From assembly GCA_010909165.1 (NCBI GenBank), contig MU008176.1, positions 922,856 to 986,855 on the forward strand: a stretch of 64,000 nt of DNA. The letters are read 5' to 3'. Positions 1 to 13,357 of the stretch are shown in pieces (position 1 is the first letter of the stretch; each line of letters opens with the position of its first letter). The translations under genes were made by a program, and so were the position numbers. Below the pieces are notes generated by a model. It was given only the letters and a program-made list of their open reading frames with translations. It made no database searches and had not been told where the DNA came from. This DNA comes from Anthoceros angustus (Eukaryota; Plantae; Anthocerotophyta).

Positions 1-1904
1 GGGATGGCAGCCATGGTCTCACCCTTGCTGCCCGGTCACGACCATCGTAGTCCGACTACATAGCTTGTGTGCAATACTGAAGTATTTAGTGATTGCCTTG
101 AATGGCGGAGGAATGGAGTGTAGAATAATGTGCTCCGCTTTCGCTAGGGGTGCTGGAATGTCTAGGATTTTGTTGCGGTTGGGCATAGGAAATGTGTGCG
201 ATGGTAGTGCAATGAGAAAGGAGATACCATTTGTGGGATTTTGTCACCGGTATGGTTGTGCTTAAACCGCCTTCTCAATGTGATTGCGTGCTTGATCGAT
301 TCTCACGGACTCCTTGCAATGGTAGCCCTATAGAAAGCAGTTACCTTGCTCTTCCCGACCTCTTTATGATTTTGGACGACCTTCCAATTGAGCTCAGTTG
401 ATGGCTCCCCTCTCATGTTCTTTGCCGCATTGTCATTCGTCTTTGAGCGGGGCGATGCAAAGAGGAGGGTTCTTTGCTATTTAACTTACGTGGCAATTTA
501 TTGTGTGAGGAGCGGGAGTGAGGCGGCACGGTGCCCATCAGTTGGATTTTGTACACATAAACTAGGAGAAAAGTGATACAACAAGATGGTGAAAGAACTA
601 GGTGTTGTCCCTTTGTAATCTTGGGCGAGTTAAGGCAGTTAGCTAGCACAAGTTCAATAATGGACCATGTGCTAGCTAACTATCTTTAAGACAAAGTTGA
701 GAAGGACTTATCAAGATTCCTAGACCGTAGAGGGATATTGTTCAAGATCCTCTACTCTATAGCACCGTGTTTACGATTCATGTGCAATGAAAGATGCCAA
801 GCAGTTCCATGGTCTAACTTAATAGCACCAAAAGGGTATGGAGGTCAAGGATTTATCAAACGCTAGAAGCGGGCGTACTATTAGAATCTTCTACGAACCC
901 ATAGATTGCATACTATCGAGCGGATCGCCTGTCGATTCTACTCGAAAATGTCTACCTACGTGGAACCAGCGGTACAAGCAGTGTTAATGGACAGCCAAAA
1001 TGGCTTAGATTTCGAGGGAAGAAGAAGAATTCTACAACTTTGGGCACACTTTGCCTACAAGGTGGCAACCCAATCGGGACCTGCCACCCCATCGCCCAAG
1101 GTGAGGTGGCTAGAAGCTCTATGTGTGTGGTACACACCGGGACCGTCGCCACCCCATGGTGCCCTCATATAGGGCAAGCACACAACCTAGGGCCTTCCGG
1201 ATAATGCCACTTTACGGTCACATGCGACGTGATAGCTGAGTTTTCAAATCAACATTGCCTACATATCTTTGTATATAGATAAAGTTAAATTTGGTTCTAT
1301 AATACCTACCTAGAATCTTTAAAATAGAATCGAAATACCTCTAGATATCCAATGGGGCTTAGTTGGGGAGTATGACATAAGATATGGATACGCATGTCAC
1401 ATGATAGATCAATTTCTATATCTAGAAATTTATTCATCGTGATAAATATATCAATAATATCGATAGGCGTATGATAGGGCATTTTGAACCAAGACATATA
1501 GAATGTTTCTAGCTAACTTCTTGGTCACCAATGAAGAGGGACGTTCTAGACTCTCTCGGTATTCTTCTACAACGCCTTGGTGTTAGTTCTTCAAGCACGA
1601 CCATCTAATATCATAATTGTAAAGCCCAAGGAATGACAGTAGCCAACCAAGCTAGTATAGGAAATGAGGTCGTGGTATCCAAGAAATTAAGGATCCATCC
1701 TCGGATCATGGTATTTCCATCATGGTTTAATTGTATAATGATGTATTTGTTGGTATGATGTATGCCACCACCCCATGGCACGAAATGAAGGATATCTATC
1801 CTTGGATCATGATCTTTCTATCAAGGATTAATTGTATTAGCGATTTGTCATGTCCCATACCTTAAGAAAGGGCCATCCTTGGCCTTGAACTATCTTCCTT
1901 ATGC

Positions 1905-2242
1905 TTCTACAATCCAAGGATTCCGAGGATGTCCTTGGTCTTCAAATCTCTTCTACAATCCAAGGATTAATTATGAGGATGTCCTTGGTCTTGAAATCTC
2001 TTCTACAATCCAAGGATTAATTATGAGGATGTGCTTGGTCTTGAAATCTCTTCTACAATCCAAGGATTAATTATGAGGATGTCCTTGGTCTTGAAATCTC
2101 TTCTACAATCCAAGGATTAATTATGAGGATGTCCTTGGTCTTGATATCTCTTCTACAATCCAAGGATTTTGAGGATGTCCTTAGTCTTGAAATTTCTTCT
2201 ACAATCCAAGGATTAATTCCGAGGATGTTCTTGGTCTTGAAA
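1905..2242. repeat. 50(51)-bp minisatellite, 7 units (array copy 1)
   Basis: cttctacaatccaaggattaattatgaggatgtccttggtcttgaaatct; ttctacaatc at 1951, 2001, 2051, 2101, 2151. Internal inverted repeat CCAAGGA...TCCTTGG. Confidence 0.97.
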
Positions 2243-2334
2243 TATGAAACTGAAACTTTTGCCGCAACTATATATGCCGGTGACATGATACACTAATTCC
2301 AATAAAAAAAAGCGTGGAAAGAAGTGTTGATGCC

Positions 2335-2906
2335 ATGGGCGTGGAGCATCAATAACTCGACATCGGGGGCGTCTAAAGGGGTCTAAAACAAGAAGACACT
2401 TGCCGCGGAAGGCATTGCGATGTGACCCAAAATGACAAATCACAAGGAATATTTGAGTCGGGATCCGTGGACAATATGCCATGGACGCGGGCTCGAGCAA
2501 AGAAGGCAAGGAGCAAGTCCGCAAGTCCAAGTCCAGCTAATTCAAGTGATGAAGAAGGTCATACAACAAACCCCAAAAGTGAGGAAAGAAGTGCCACAAG
2601 CCCCGGTGATTGATGGGAGGAAATGCCACAACAAGCCCTCGTAATTGATGGTGACGAAAAGCCACAAGAACCCTTAGTGATCGACAATGACAAGCTGATA
2701 AGTTGGAAGAAATGACAAGATTGATCCATACCGACCTTTGTCCTCCTCCAAATCCCCAATGGTTGACGGTGGTGACGACTACGACAAATTAGAAGAAATG
2801 ACGAGATGGATCGATATTGACCTTTGTCCTCCTCATGACTATTTTTTTGGGCAATGACTATGCAATCTTTGAGTCGAGGATGGAGAAAGACCAAGAGGAG
2901 AAATAG
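2335..2906 (+). pseudogene. Frameshifted homologue of the 468-aa AT-hook protein at 41657-43063 (array copy 1)
   Basis: Frame-corrected consensus translation ...RHRGRLKGSK(N)KKTLAE...QNDKSQG...TRAR...QVMKKVIQQTPKVRKEVPQ...EEMTRWIDIDLCPPHDYFxGNDYAIFESRMEKDQEEK* is colinear with RGRPKGSKNKKKIAE...QSNKLQG...TRAR...EVMNKVVQNSSEVRKNMSQ...EEMTKWIDTDLCPPHDYYLGSNDYEIFESWIDKELKEK. The frameshifts may be sequencing errors; the true 5' end is unknown. Confidence 0.8.
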
Positions 2907-5420
2907 GTATAGAAGTAGGAAAGTAAAATTGAGACGGTCTCAATTATGTGTATTGAGATATTACAAAATGTACTAAGAGTTTATTGTAAATAGTAAAATA
3001 CAAACATAGTAGAAGGTTGGAAGGAATCCGAATGAGGCAATAAAAGAACAATAAACTCCGCCCCAAGGCGCCATCACTCATAAGGACTTAAATTCCAGCC
3101 AGCTTCCCCAACCTACAGCGCATAAATGCGAGATATAGTGCACGTTGGCGTTGGCGTAGAAACACCCTCGCTCTACCCTCATGCAATGTGACCTCACGTA
3201 ATCGCGGGGTGAAAGGTGGAACGGGCCACGCGAGGCCCATGTTCTTTTGTAGTGCTGCCAGGCGCGCTAGCATCGACGATTGTAACCCCATAGATTGGGC
3301 GCCTTTAGGTCATATTTCTCTCTCTTTACATGATTTATTGGATATATCATGGTGAAACAATTTCTTGCCCAAGTCGGGCTGCTCGACCCGGCCCTAATTG
3401 TAACCCTAAAACCTGTTGTGGTGCTCGCCATTTTTGCTGCCCGCTCCGCCGCGGTGCGGAGCTCGAATCTACCGTACCCGCCATGCCGCTCCACGGCGTG
3501 AGGGGATGGCAGCCATGGTCTCACCCTTGCGCTGCTGTCACGACCATCTGTAGTCCGACTACATAGCTTGTGTGCAATACTCGGCTGAAGTATTTAGTGA
3601 TTGCCTTGAATGGCCGGAGGAATGGAGTGTAGAATAATGTGCTCCGCTTTCGCTAGGGTGCTGGAATGTCTAGGATTTTGTTGCGGTTGGGCATAGGAAA
3701 TGTGTGCGATGGTAGTGCAATGAGAAAGGAGATACCATTTGTGGGATTTGTCACGGTATGGTTGTGCTTAAACCGTCTTCTCAATGTGATTGCGTGCTTG
3801 ATCGATTCTCACGGACTCCTTGCAATGGTAGCCCTATAGAAAGCGGTTACACGCTCTTCCCGACCTCTTTATGATTTTGGACGACCTTCCAATTGAGCTC
3901 GTTGATGGCTCCCCTCTCATGTTCTTTGCCGCATTGTCATTCGTCTTTGGCGGAGATGATCAAGAGGAGGGTTCTTTGCTATTTAACTTACGTGGCAATT
4001 TATTGTGTGAGGAGCGGGAGTGAGGCAGCACCGGTGCCCATCAGTTGGATTTGTACACATAAACTAGGAGACAAAGTGATACAACAAGATGACTGAAAGA
4101 ACTAGGGTGTTGTCCCCTTTGTAATCTTGGACAGGTTAAGACAGTTAGCTAGCACAAGTTCAATAATGGACCATGTGCTGGCTAACTATCTCTAAGACAG
4201 GTTGAGAAGGACTTATCAGTATTCCTAGACCGTAGAGGGATATTGTTCAGTATCCCTCTACTCTATAGCACCGTGTTTACGATTCATGTGCAATGAAAGA
4301 TGCCAAGCGGTTCCATGGTCTAACTTAATAGCACCAAAAGGGTATGGAGGTGAAGGATTTATCAAACGCTAGAAGCGACGTACTATTAGAATCTTCTACG
4401 AACCCATAGATTGCATACTATCGGGGCGATCGCCTGTCGATTCTACTCGAAAATGTCTACCTCGTGGAACCAGGTACAAAGCAGTGTTAATGGACAGCCA
4501 AAATGAGCTTAGATTTCGAGGAAGAAGAAGAATTCTACAACTTTGGGCACACTTTGCCTACAAGGTGGCAACCCAATCGGGACACCACCCCATCGCCCCT
4601 GCAAGGTGAGGTGGCTAGAAGCTCTATGTGTGTGGTACACACCGGGACCGTCTGCCACCCCATGGTGCCCTCATATAGGGCAAGCACACAACCTAGGGCC
4701 TTAGGATAATGCCACTTACGGTCACATGCGACGTGATAGCTGAGTTTTCAAATCAACATTGCCTACATATCTTTGTATATAGATAAAGTTAAATTTGGTT
4801 CTATAATACCTACCTAGAATCTTTAAAATAGAATCGAAATACCTCTAGATATCCAATGGGGCTTAGTTGGGGAGTATGACATAAGATATGGATACGCATG
4901 TCACATGATAGATCGAATTTCTATATCTAGAAATTTATTCATCGGGATAAATATATCAATAATATCGTATAGGCAGTATGATAGGGCATTTTGAACCAGT
5001 ACATATAGAATGTTTCTAGCTAACTTCTTGGTCACCAATGAAGAGGGACGTTCTAGACTCTCTCTCGGGTATTCTTCTACGACGAACGCCTTGGTGTTAG
5101 TTCTTCAAGCACGACCATCTAATATCATAATTGTAAAGCCCAAGGAATGACAGTGTAGCCAACCAAGCTAGTATAGGAAATGAGGTCGTGGTATCCAAGA
5201 AATTAAGGATCCATCCTCGGATCATGGTATTTCCATCATGGTTTAATTGTATAATGATGTATTTGTTGGTATGATGTATGCCACCACCCCATGGCTCGAA
5301 AATGAAGGATATCTATCCTTGGATCATGATCTTTCTATCAAGGATTAATTGTATTAGCGATTTGTCATGTCCCATACCTTAAGAAAGGGCCATCCTTGGC
5401 CTTGAACTATCTTCCTTATG

Positions 5421-5760
5421 CTTCTACAATCCAAGGATTCGAGGATGTCCTTGGTCTTCAAATCTCTTCTACAATCCAAGGATTAATTATGAGGATGTCC
5501 TTGGTCTTGAAATCTCTTCTACAATCCAAGGATTAATTATGAGGATGTGCTTGGTCTTGAAATCTCTTCTACAATCCAAGGATTAATTATGAGGATGTCC
5601 TTGGTCTTCAAATCTCTTCTACAATCCAAGGATTAATTATGAGGATGTCCTTGGTCTTGATATCTCTTCTACAATCCAAGGATTTTGAGGATGTCCTTAG
5701 TCTTCAAATTTCTTCTACAATCCAAGGATTAATTCCGAGGATGTTCTTGGTCTTCAAATA
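5421..5760. repeat. 50(51)-bp minisatellite, 7 units (array copy 2)
   Basis: Same unit and same positional variants (gtgctt in unit 3, cttagt in unit 6) as copy 1. Confidence 0.97.
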
Positions 5761-5847
5761 TGAAACCGAAACTTTTGCCGCAACTATATATGCGGTGACA
5801 TGATACACTAATTCCAATAAAAAAAAGTGGAAAGAAGTGTTGATGCC

Positions 5848-6402
5848 ATGGAACGTGGAGCATCAATAACTCGACATCGGGGCGTCTAAAGGGGTCTAAA
5901 ACAAGAAGACACTTGCGGAAGCTGCGGTAACCCAAAATGACAAATCACAAGGAATATTTGAGTCGATCCGTGGACAATATGCCATGGACGGGCTCGAGCA
6001 AAGAAGGCAAGGAGCAAGTCCGCAAGTCCAGCTAATTCAAGTGATGAAGAAGGTCATACAACAAACCCCAAAAGTGAGGAAAGAAGTGCCACAACAAGCC
6101 CCGGTGATTGATGGGAGGAAATGCCACAACAAGCCCTCGTAATTGATGGTGACGAAAAGCCACAAGAACCCTTAGTGATCGACAATGACAAGCTGTGATA
6201 AGTTGGAAGAAATGACAAGATTGATCCATACCGACCTTTGTCCTCCTCCAAATCCCCCAATGGTTGGTGGTGGCGACTCGACAAATTAGAAGAAATGACG
6301 AGATGGATCGATATTGACCTTTGTCCTCCTCATGACTATTTTTTGGGCAATGACTATGCAATCTTTGAGTCGAGGATGGAGAAAGACCAAGAGGAGAAAT
6401 AG
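5848..6402 (+). pseudogene. AT-hook-family homologue (array copy 2)
   Basis: Same segment as copy 1. Confidence 0.8.
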
Positions 6403-8888
6403 GTATAGAAGTAGGAAAGTAAAATTGAGACGGTCTCAATTATGTGTATTGAGATATTACAAAATGTACTAAGAGTTTATTGTAAATAGTAAAATACAAA
6501 CATAGTAGAAGGTTGGAAGGAATCAATGAGGCAATAAAAGAACAATAAACTCCGCCCCAAGGCGCCATCACTTCATAAGGACTTAAATTCCAGCCAGCTT
6601 CCCCAACCTACAGCATAAATGCGAGATATAGTGCACGTTGGCGTTGACGTAGAAACACCCTCGCCTACCCTCATGCAATGTGACCTCACGTGTCGCGGGG
6701 TGAAGGTGGAACGGGCCACGCGAGGCCCATGTTGTGTAGCCGTGAGGCGTGCTAGCATCGACGATTGTAACCCATAGATTGGGCGCCTTTAGGTCATATT
6801 CTCTCTCTTTACATGATTTATTGGATATATCATGGTGAAACAATTTCTTGCCCAAGTCGGGCTGCTCGACCCGGCCCTAATTGTAACCCTAAAACCCTGT
6901 TGTGGTGCTACGCCATTTTTGCTGCCCGCTCCCGCCTTGCGGTGCGGAGCTCGAATCTACGTGCCATGCCGCTCCACGAGCGTGAGGGGATGGCAGCCAT
7001 GGTCTCACCCTTGCGGCTGCAGTCACACGACCATCGTAGTCCGACTACATAGCTTGTGTGCAATACTCGGCTGAAGTATTTAGTGATTGCCTTGAATGGC
7101 CAGAGGAATGGAGTGTAGAATAATGTGCTCCCGCTTTCGTTAGGGGTGCTAGAATGTCTAGGATTTTGTTGCGGTTGGGCATAGGAAATGTGTGCAGTGG
7201 TAGTGCAATGAGAAAGGAGATACCATTTGTGGGATTTGTCACGGTATGGTTGTGCTTAAACCGCCTTCTCAATGTGATTGCGTGCTTGATCGATTCTCAC
7301 GGACTCCTTGCAATGGTAGCCCTATAGAAACGGTTACCGCTCTTCCCGACCTCTTTATGATTTTGGACGACCTTCCAATTGAGCTCAGTTGTTGGCTCCC
7401 CCTCTCATGTTGCTGCCGCATTGTCATTCGTCTTTGAGCAGGACAGTCGCAAAGAGGAGGGTTCTTTGCTATTTAACTTACGTGGCAATTTATTGTGTGA
7501 GGAGCGGGAGTGAGGCAGCACCGGTGCCCATCAGTTGGATTTGTACACATAAACTAGGAGACAAAGTGATACAACAAGATGACTGAAAGAACTAGGGTGT
7601 TGTCCCTTTGTAATCTTGGAGTTAAGATTAGCTAGCACAAGTTCAATAATGGACCATGTGGCTAACTATCTTTAAGACAAAGTTGAGAAGGACTTATCAA
7701 GATTCTAGACCGTAGAGGATATTGTTCAAGATCCTCTACTCTATAGCACCGTGTTTACGATTCATGTGCAATGAAAGATGCCAAGGTTCCATGGTCTAAC
7801 TTAATAGCACCAAAAGGGTATGGAGGTGAAGGATTTATCAAACGCTAGAAGCATTTACTATTAGAATCTTCTACGAACCCATAGATTGCATACTATCGAG
7901 CGGATCGCTGTCGATTCTACTCGAAAATGTCTACCACGTGGAACCAGCGGTACAAAGCAGTGTTAATGGACAGCCAAAATGACAGTTAGATTTCGAGGGA
8001 AGAAGAAGAATTCTACAACTTTGGGCACACTTTGCCTACAAGGTGGCAACCCAATCGGGACCTGCCACCCCATCTCGCCATAGGTGAGGTGGCTAGAAGC
8101 TCTATGTGTGGTACACACCGGGACCGTGCCGCCACCCCATGGTGCCTCATATAGGCAAGCACACAACCTAGGGCCTTCCGGATAATGCCACTTTACGGTC
8201 ACATGCGACGTTATAGCTGAGTTTTCAAATCAACATTGCCTACATATCTTTGTATATAGATAAAGTTAAATTTGGTTCTATAATACCTACCTAGAATCTT
8301 TAAAATAGAATCAGAAATACCTCTAGATATCCAATGGGGCTTAGTTGGGGAGTATGACATAAGATATGGATACGCATGTCACATGATAGATCAATTTCTA
8401 TATCTAGAAATTTATTCATCGTGATAAATATATCAATAATATCGTATAGGCGATGATAGGGCATTTTGAACCAAGACATATAGAATGTTTCTAGCTAACT
8501 TCTTGGTCACCAATGAAGAGGGACGTTCTAGACTCTCTCTCGGTATTCTTCTCTGACGCCTTGGTGTTAGTTCTTCAAGCACGACCATCTAATATCATAA
8601 TTGTAAAGCCCAAGGAATGACAAATAGCCAACCAAGCTAGTATAGGAAATGAGGTCGTGGTATCCAAGAAATTAAGGATCCATCCTCGGATCATGGTATT
8701 TCCATCATGGTTTAATTGTATAATGATGTATTTGTTGGTATGATGTATGCCACCACCCCATGGCACGAAATGAAGGATATCTATCCTTGGATCATGATCT
8801 TTCTATCAAGGATTAATTGTATTAGCGATTTGTCATGTCCCATACCTTAAGAAAGGGCCATCCTTGGCCTTGAACTATCTTCCTTATG

Positions 8889-9230
8889 CTTCTACAATCC
8901 AAGGATTCCGAGGATGTCCTTGGTCTTGAAATCTCTTCTACAATCCAAGGATTAATTATGAGGATGTCCTTGGTCTTCGATATCTCTTCTACAATCCAAG
9001 GATTAATTATGAGGATGTGCTTGGTCTTGAAATCTCTTCTACAATCCAAGGATTAATTATGAGGATGTCCTTGGTCTTCAAATCTCTTCTACAATCCAAG
9101 GATTAATTATGAGGATGTCCTTGGTCTTCGATATCTCTTCTACAATCCAAGGATTTTGAGGATGTCCTTAGTCTTGAAATTTCTTCTACAATCCAAGGAT
9201 TAATTCCGAGGATGTTCTTGGTCTTGAAAT
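8889..9230. repeat. 50(51)-bp minisatellite, 7 units (array copy 3)
   Basis: Same unit; two units read cttcgatatc (51 bp). Confidence 0.97.
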
Positions 9231-9314
9231 ATGAAACTGAAACTTTTGCCGCAACTATATATGCGGTGACATGATACACTAATTCCAATAAAAAGTGGAA
9301 GAAGTGTTGATGCC

Positions 9315-9877
9315 ATGGAACGTGGAGCATCAATAACTCGACATCGGGGCGTCTAAAGGGGTCTAAAACAAGAAGACACTTGCGGAAGGCATTGCGGTAG
9401 CAACCCAAAATGACAAATCACAAGGAATATTTGAGTCGGGATCCGTGGACAATATGCCATGGACGGGCTCGAGCAAAGAAGGCAAGGAGCAAGTCCGCAA
9501 GTCCAGCTAATTCAAGTGATGAAGAAGGTCATACAACAAACCCAAAAGTGAGGAAAGAAGTGCCACAACAAGCCCGGTGATTGATGGGAGGAAATGCCAC
9601 AACAAGCCCTCGTAATTGATGGTGACGAAAGCCACAAGAACCCTTAGTGATCGACAATGACAATCGTGATAAGTTGGAAGAAATGACAAGATTGATCCAT
9701 ACCGACCTTTGTCCTCCTCCAAATCCCCAATGGTTGACGGTGGTGGCGACTACGACAAATTAGAAGAAATGACGAGATGGATCGATATTGACCTTTGTCC
9801 TCCTCATGACTATTTTTTTGGGCAATGACTATGCAATCTTTGAGTCGAGGATGGAGAAAGACCAAGAGGAGAAATAG
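9315..9877 (+). pseudogene. AT-hook-family homologue (array copy 3)
   Basis: Same segment as copy 1. Confidence 0.8.
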
Positions 9878-12364
9878 GTATAGAAGTAGGAAAGTAAAAT
9901 TGAGACGGTCTCAATTATGTGTATTGAGATATTACAAAATGTACTAAGAGTTTATTGTAAATAGTAAAATACAAACATAGTAGAAGGTTGGAAGGAATCC
10001 GAATGAGGCAATAAAAGAACAATAAACTCCGCCCCAAGGCGCCATCACCGAAGGACTTAAATTCCAGCCAGCTTCCCCAACCTACAGCATAAATGCGAGA
10101 TATAGTGCACGTTGACGTTGGCGTAGAAACACCCTCGCTCTACCCTCATGCAATGTGACCTCACGAATCGCGGGGTGAAAGGTGGAACGGGCCACGAGGC
10201 CCATGTTCTTGGTCTTCAAATTTCTTCGGCCCAAGTCGGGCTGCTCGACCCGGCCCTAATTGTAACCCCATAGATTGGGCGCCTTTAGGTCATATTTCTC
10301 TCTCTTTACATGATTTATTGGATATATCATGGTGAAACAATTTCTTGCCCAAGTCGGGCTGCTCGACCCGGCCCTAATTGTAACCCTAAAACCTGTTGTG
10401 GTGCTCGCCATTTTTGCTGCCGCTCCGCCCGCGTGCGGAGCTCGAATCTACCGTACCCGCCATGCCGCGCTCCACGGCGTGAGGGGATGGCAGCCATGGT
10501 CTCACCCTTAGCACACAGTACCATCTCGTAGTCCGACTACATAGCTTGTGTGCAATACTCGGCTGAAGTATTTAGTGATTGCCTTGAATGGCCGGAGGAA
10601 TGGAGTGTAGAATAATGTGCTCCCGCTTTCGCTAGGGGTCTTTGGAATGTCTAGGATTTTGTTGCGGTTGGGCATAGGAAATGTGTGCGATGGTAGTGCA
10701 ATGAGAAAGGAGATACCATTTGTGGGATTTGTCACGGTATGGTTGTGCTTAAACCGTCTTCTCAATGTGATTGCGTGCTTGATCGATTCTCACGGACTCC
10801 TTGCAATGGTAGCCCTATAGAAACGGTTACCGCTCTTCCCGACCTCTTTATGATTTTGGACGACCTTCCAATTGAGCTCGGGTTGATGGCTCCCCTCTCA
10901 TGTTCTTTGCCGCATTGTCATTCGTCTTTGAGCGGATGCAAAGAGGAGGGTTCTTTGCTATTTAACTTACGTGGCAATTTATTGTGTGAGGAGGCGGGAG
11001 TGAAATTGCCTATCGGTTGGATTTTGTACACATAAACTAGGAGAAAAGTGATACAACAAGATGGTGAAAGAACTAGGGTGTTGTCCCTTTGTAATCTTGA
11101 GTTAAGACAGTTAGCTAGCACAAGTTCAATAATGGACCATGTCGCTAACTATCTTTAAAACAGTTGAGAAGGACTTATCAAGATTCTAGACCGAGGGATA
11201 TTGTTCAAGATCCTCTACTCTATAGCACCGTGTTACGATTCATGTGCAATGAAAGATGCCAAGCGCCCATGGTCTAACTTAATAGCACCAAAAGGGTATG
11301 GAGGTCAAGGATTTATCAAACGCTAGAAGCGGGCGTACTATTAGAATCTTCTACGAACCCATAGATTGCATACTATCGAGCGGATCGCTGTCGATTCTAC
11401 TCGAAAATGTCTACCTCGTGGAACCAGGTACAAAGCAGTGTTAATGGACAGCCAAAATGATGCTTAGATTTCGAGGGAAGAAGAAGAATTCTACAACTTT
11501 GGGCACACTTTGCCTACAAGGTGGCAACCCAATCAGACCGCCACCCATCTCGCCCCGCAAGGTGAGGTGGCTAGAAGCTCTATGTGTGTGGTACACGGGA
11601 CCGTGCCGCCACCCATGGTGCCCTCATATAGGGCAAGCACACAACCTAGGGCCTTCCGGATAATGCCACTTTACGGTCACATGCGTGATAGCTGAGTTTT
11701 CAAATCAACATTGCCTACATATCTTTGTATATAGATAAAGTTAAATTTGGTTCTATAATACCTACCTAGAATCTTTAAAATAGAATCGAAATACCTCTAG
11801 ATATCCAATGGGGCTTAGTTGGGAGTATGACATAAGATATGGATACGCATGTCACATGATAGATCGAATTTCTATATCTAGAAATTTATTCATCGTGATA
11901 AATATATCAATAATATCGTATAGGCGTTATGATAGGCATTTTGAACCGATTACATATAGAATGTTTCTAGCTAACTTCTTGGTCACCAATGAAGAGGGAC
12001 GTTCTAGACTCTCTCTCGGTATTCTTCTGACAGGCGCCTTGGTGTTAGTTCTTCAAGCACGACCATCTAATATCATAATTGTAAAGCCCAAGGAATGACA
12101 GTAGCCAACCAAGCTAGTATAGGAAATGAGGTCGTGGTATCCAAGAAATTAAGGATCCATCCTCGGATCATGGTATTTCCATCATGGTTTAATTGTATAA
12201 TGATGTATTTGTTGGTATGATGTATGCCACCACCCATGGCACGAAATGAAGGATATCTATCCTTGGATCATGATCTTTCTATCAAGGATTAATTGTATTA
12301 GCGATTTGTCATGTCCCATACCTTAAGAAAGGGCCATCCTTGGCCTTGAACTATCTTCCTTATG

Positions 12365-12705
12365 CTTCTACAATCCAAGGATTCGAGGATGTCCTTGGTC
12401 TTGAAATCTCTTCTACAATCCAAGGATTAATTATGAGGATGTCCTTGGTCTTGAAATCTCTTCTACAATCCAAGGATTAATTATGAGGATGTGCTTGGTC
12501 TTCGAAATCTCTTCTACAATCCAAGGATTAATTATGAGGATGTCCTTGGTCTTGAAATCTCTTCTACAATCCAAGGATTAATTATGAGGATGTCCTTGGT
12601 CTTGATATCTCTTCTACAATCCAAGGATTTTGAGGATGTCCTTAGTCTTGAAATTTCTTCTACAATCCAAGGATTAATTCCGAGGATGTTCTTGGTCTTG
12701 AAATA
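12365..12705. repeat. 50(51)-bp minisatellite, 7 units (array copy 4)
   Basis: Same unit; one unit reads cttcgaaatc (51 bp). Confidence 0.97.
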
Positions 12706-12791
12706 TGAAACTGAAACTTTTGCCGCAACTATATATGCCGGTGACATGATACACTAATTCCAATAAAAAAGCGTGGAAAAGTGTTGATGCC

Positions 12792-13357
12792 ATGGAACGT
12801 GGAGCATCAATAACTCGACATCGGGGCGTCTAAAGGGGTCTAAAACAAGAAGACACTTGCGGAAGGCATTGCGGTAGCAACCCAAAATGACAAATCACAA
12901 GGAATATTTGAGTCGGGATCCGTGGACAATATGCCATGGACGGGCTCGAGCAAAGAAGGCAAGGAGCAAGTCCGCAAGTCCAGCTAATTCAAGTGATGAA
13001 GAAGGTCATACAACAAACCCCAAAAGTGAGGAAAGAAGTGCCACAACAAGCCCTGATTGATGGGGAGGAAATGCCACAACAAGCCCTCGTAATTGATGGT
13101 GACGAAAAGCCACAAGAACCCTTAGTGATCGACAATGACAAGCTGTGATAAGTTGGAAGAAATGACAAGATTGATCCATACCGACCTTTGTCCTCCTCCA
13201 AATCCCCAATGGTTGACGGTGGTGACGACTCGACAAATTAGAAGAAATGACGAGATGGATCGATATTGACCTTTGTCCTCCTCATGACTATTTTTTTTTG
13301 GGCAATGACTATGCAATCTTTGAGTCGAGGATGGAGAAAGACCAAGAGGAGAAATAG
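12792..13357 (+). pseudogene. AT-hook-family homologue (array copy 4)
   Basis: Same segment; ORF 12936..13148 shows QVMKKVIQQTPKVRKEV plus three 12-aa PQQ/ExLVIDG/N repeats. Confidence 0.8.

Noticed and set aside
1905-2242. CRISPR-like array (regular palindromic repeats)
   Set aside because: Units are contiguous with no unique spacers, there are no cas genes, and the context is eukaryotic; it is a minisatellite.
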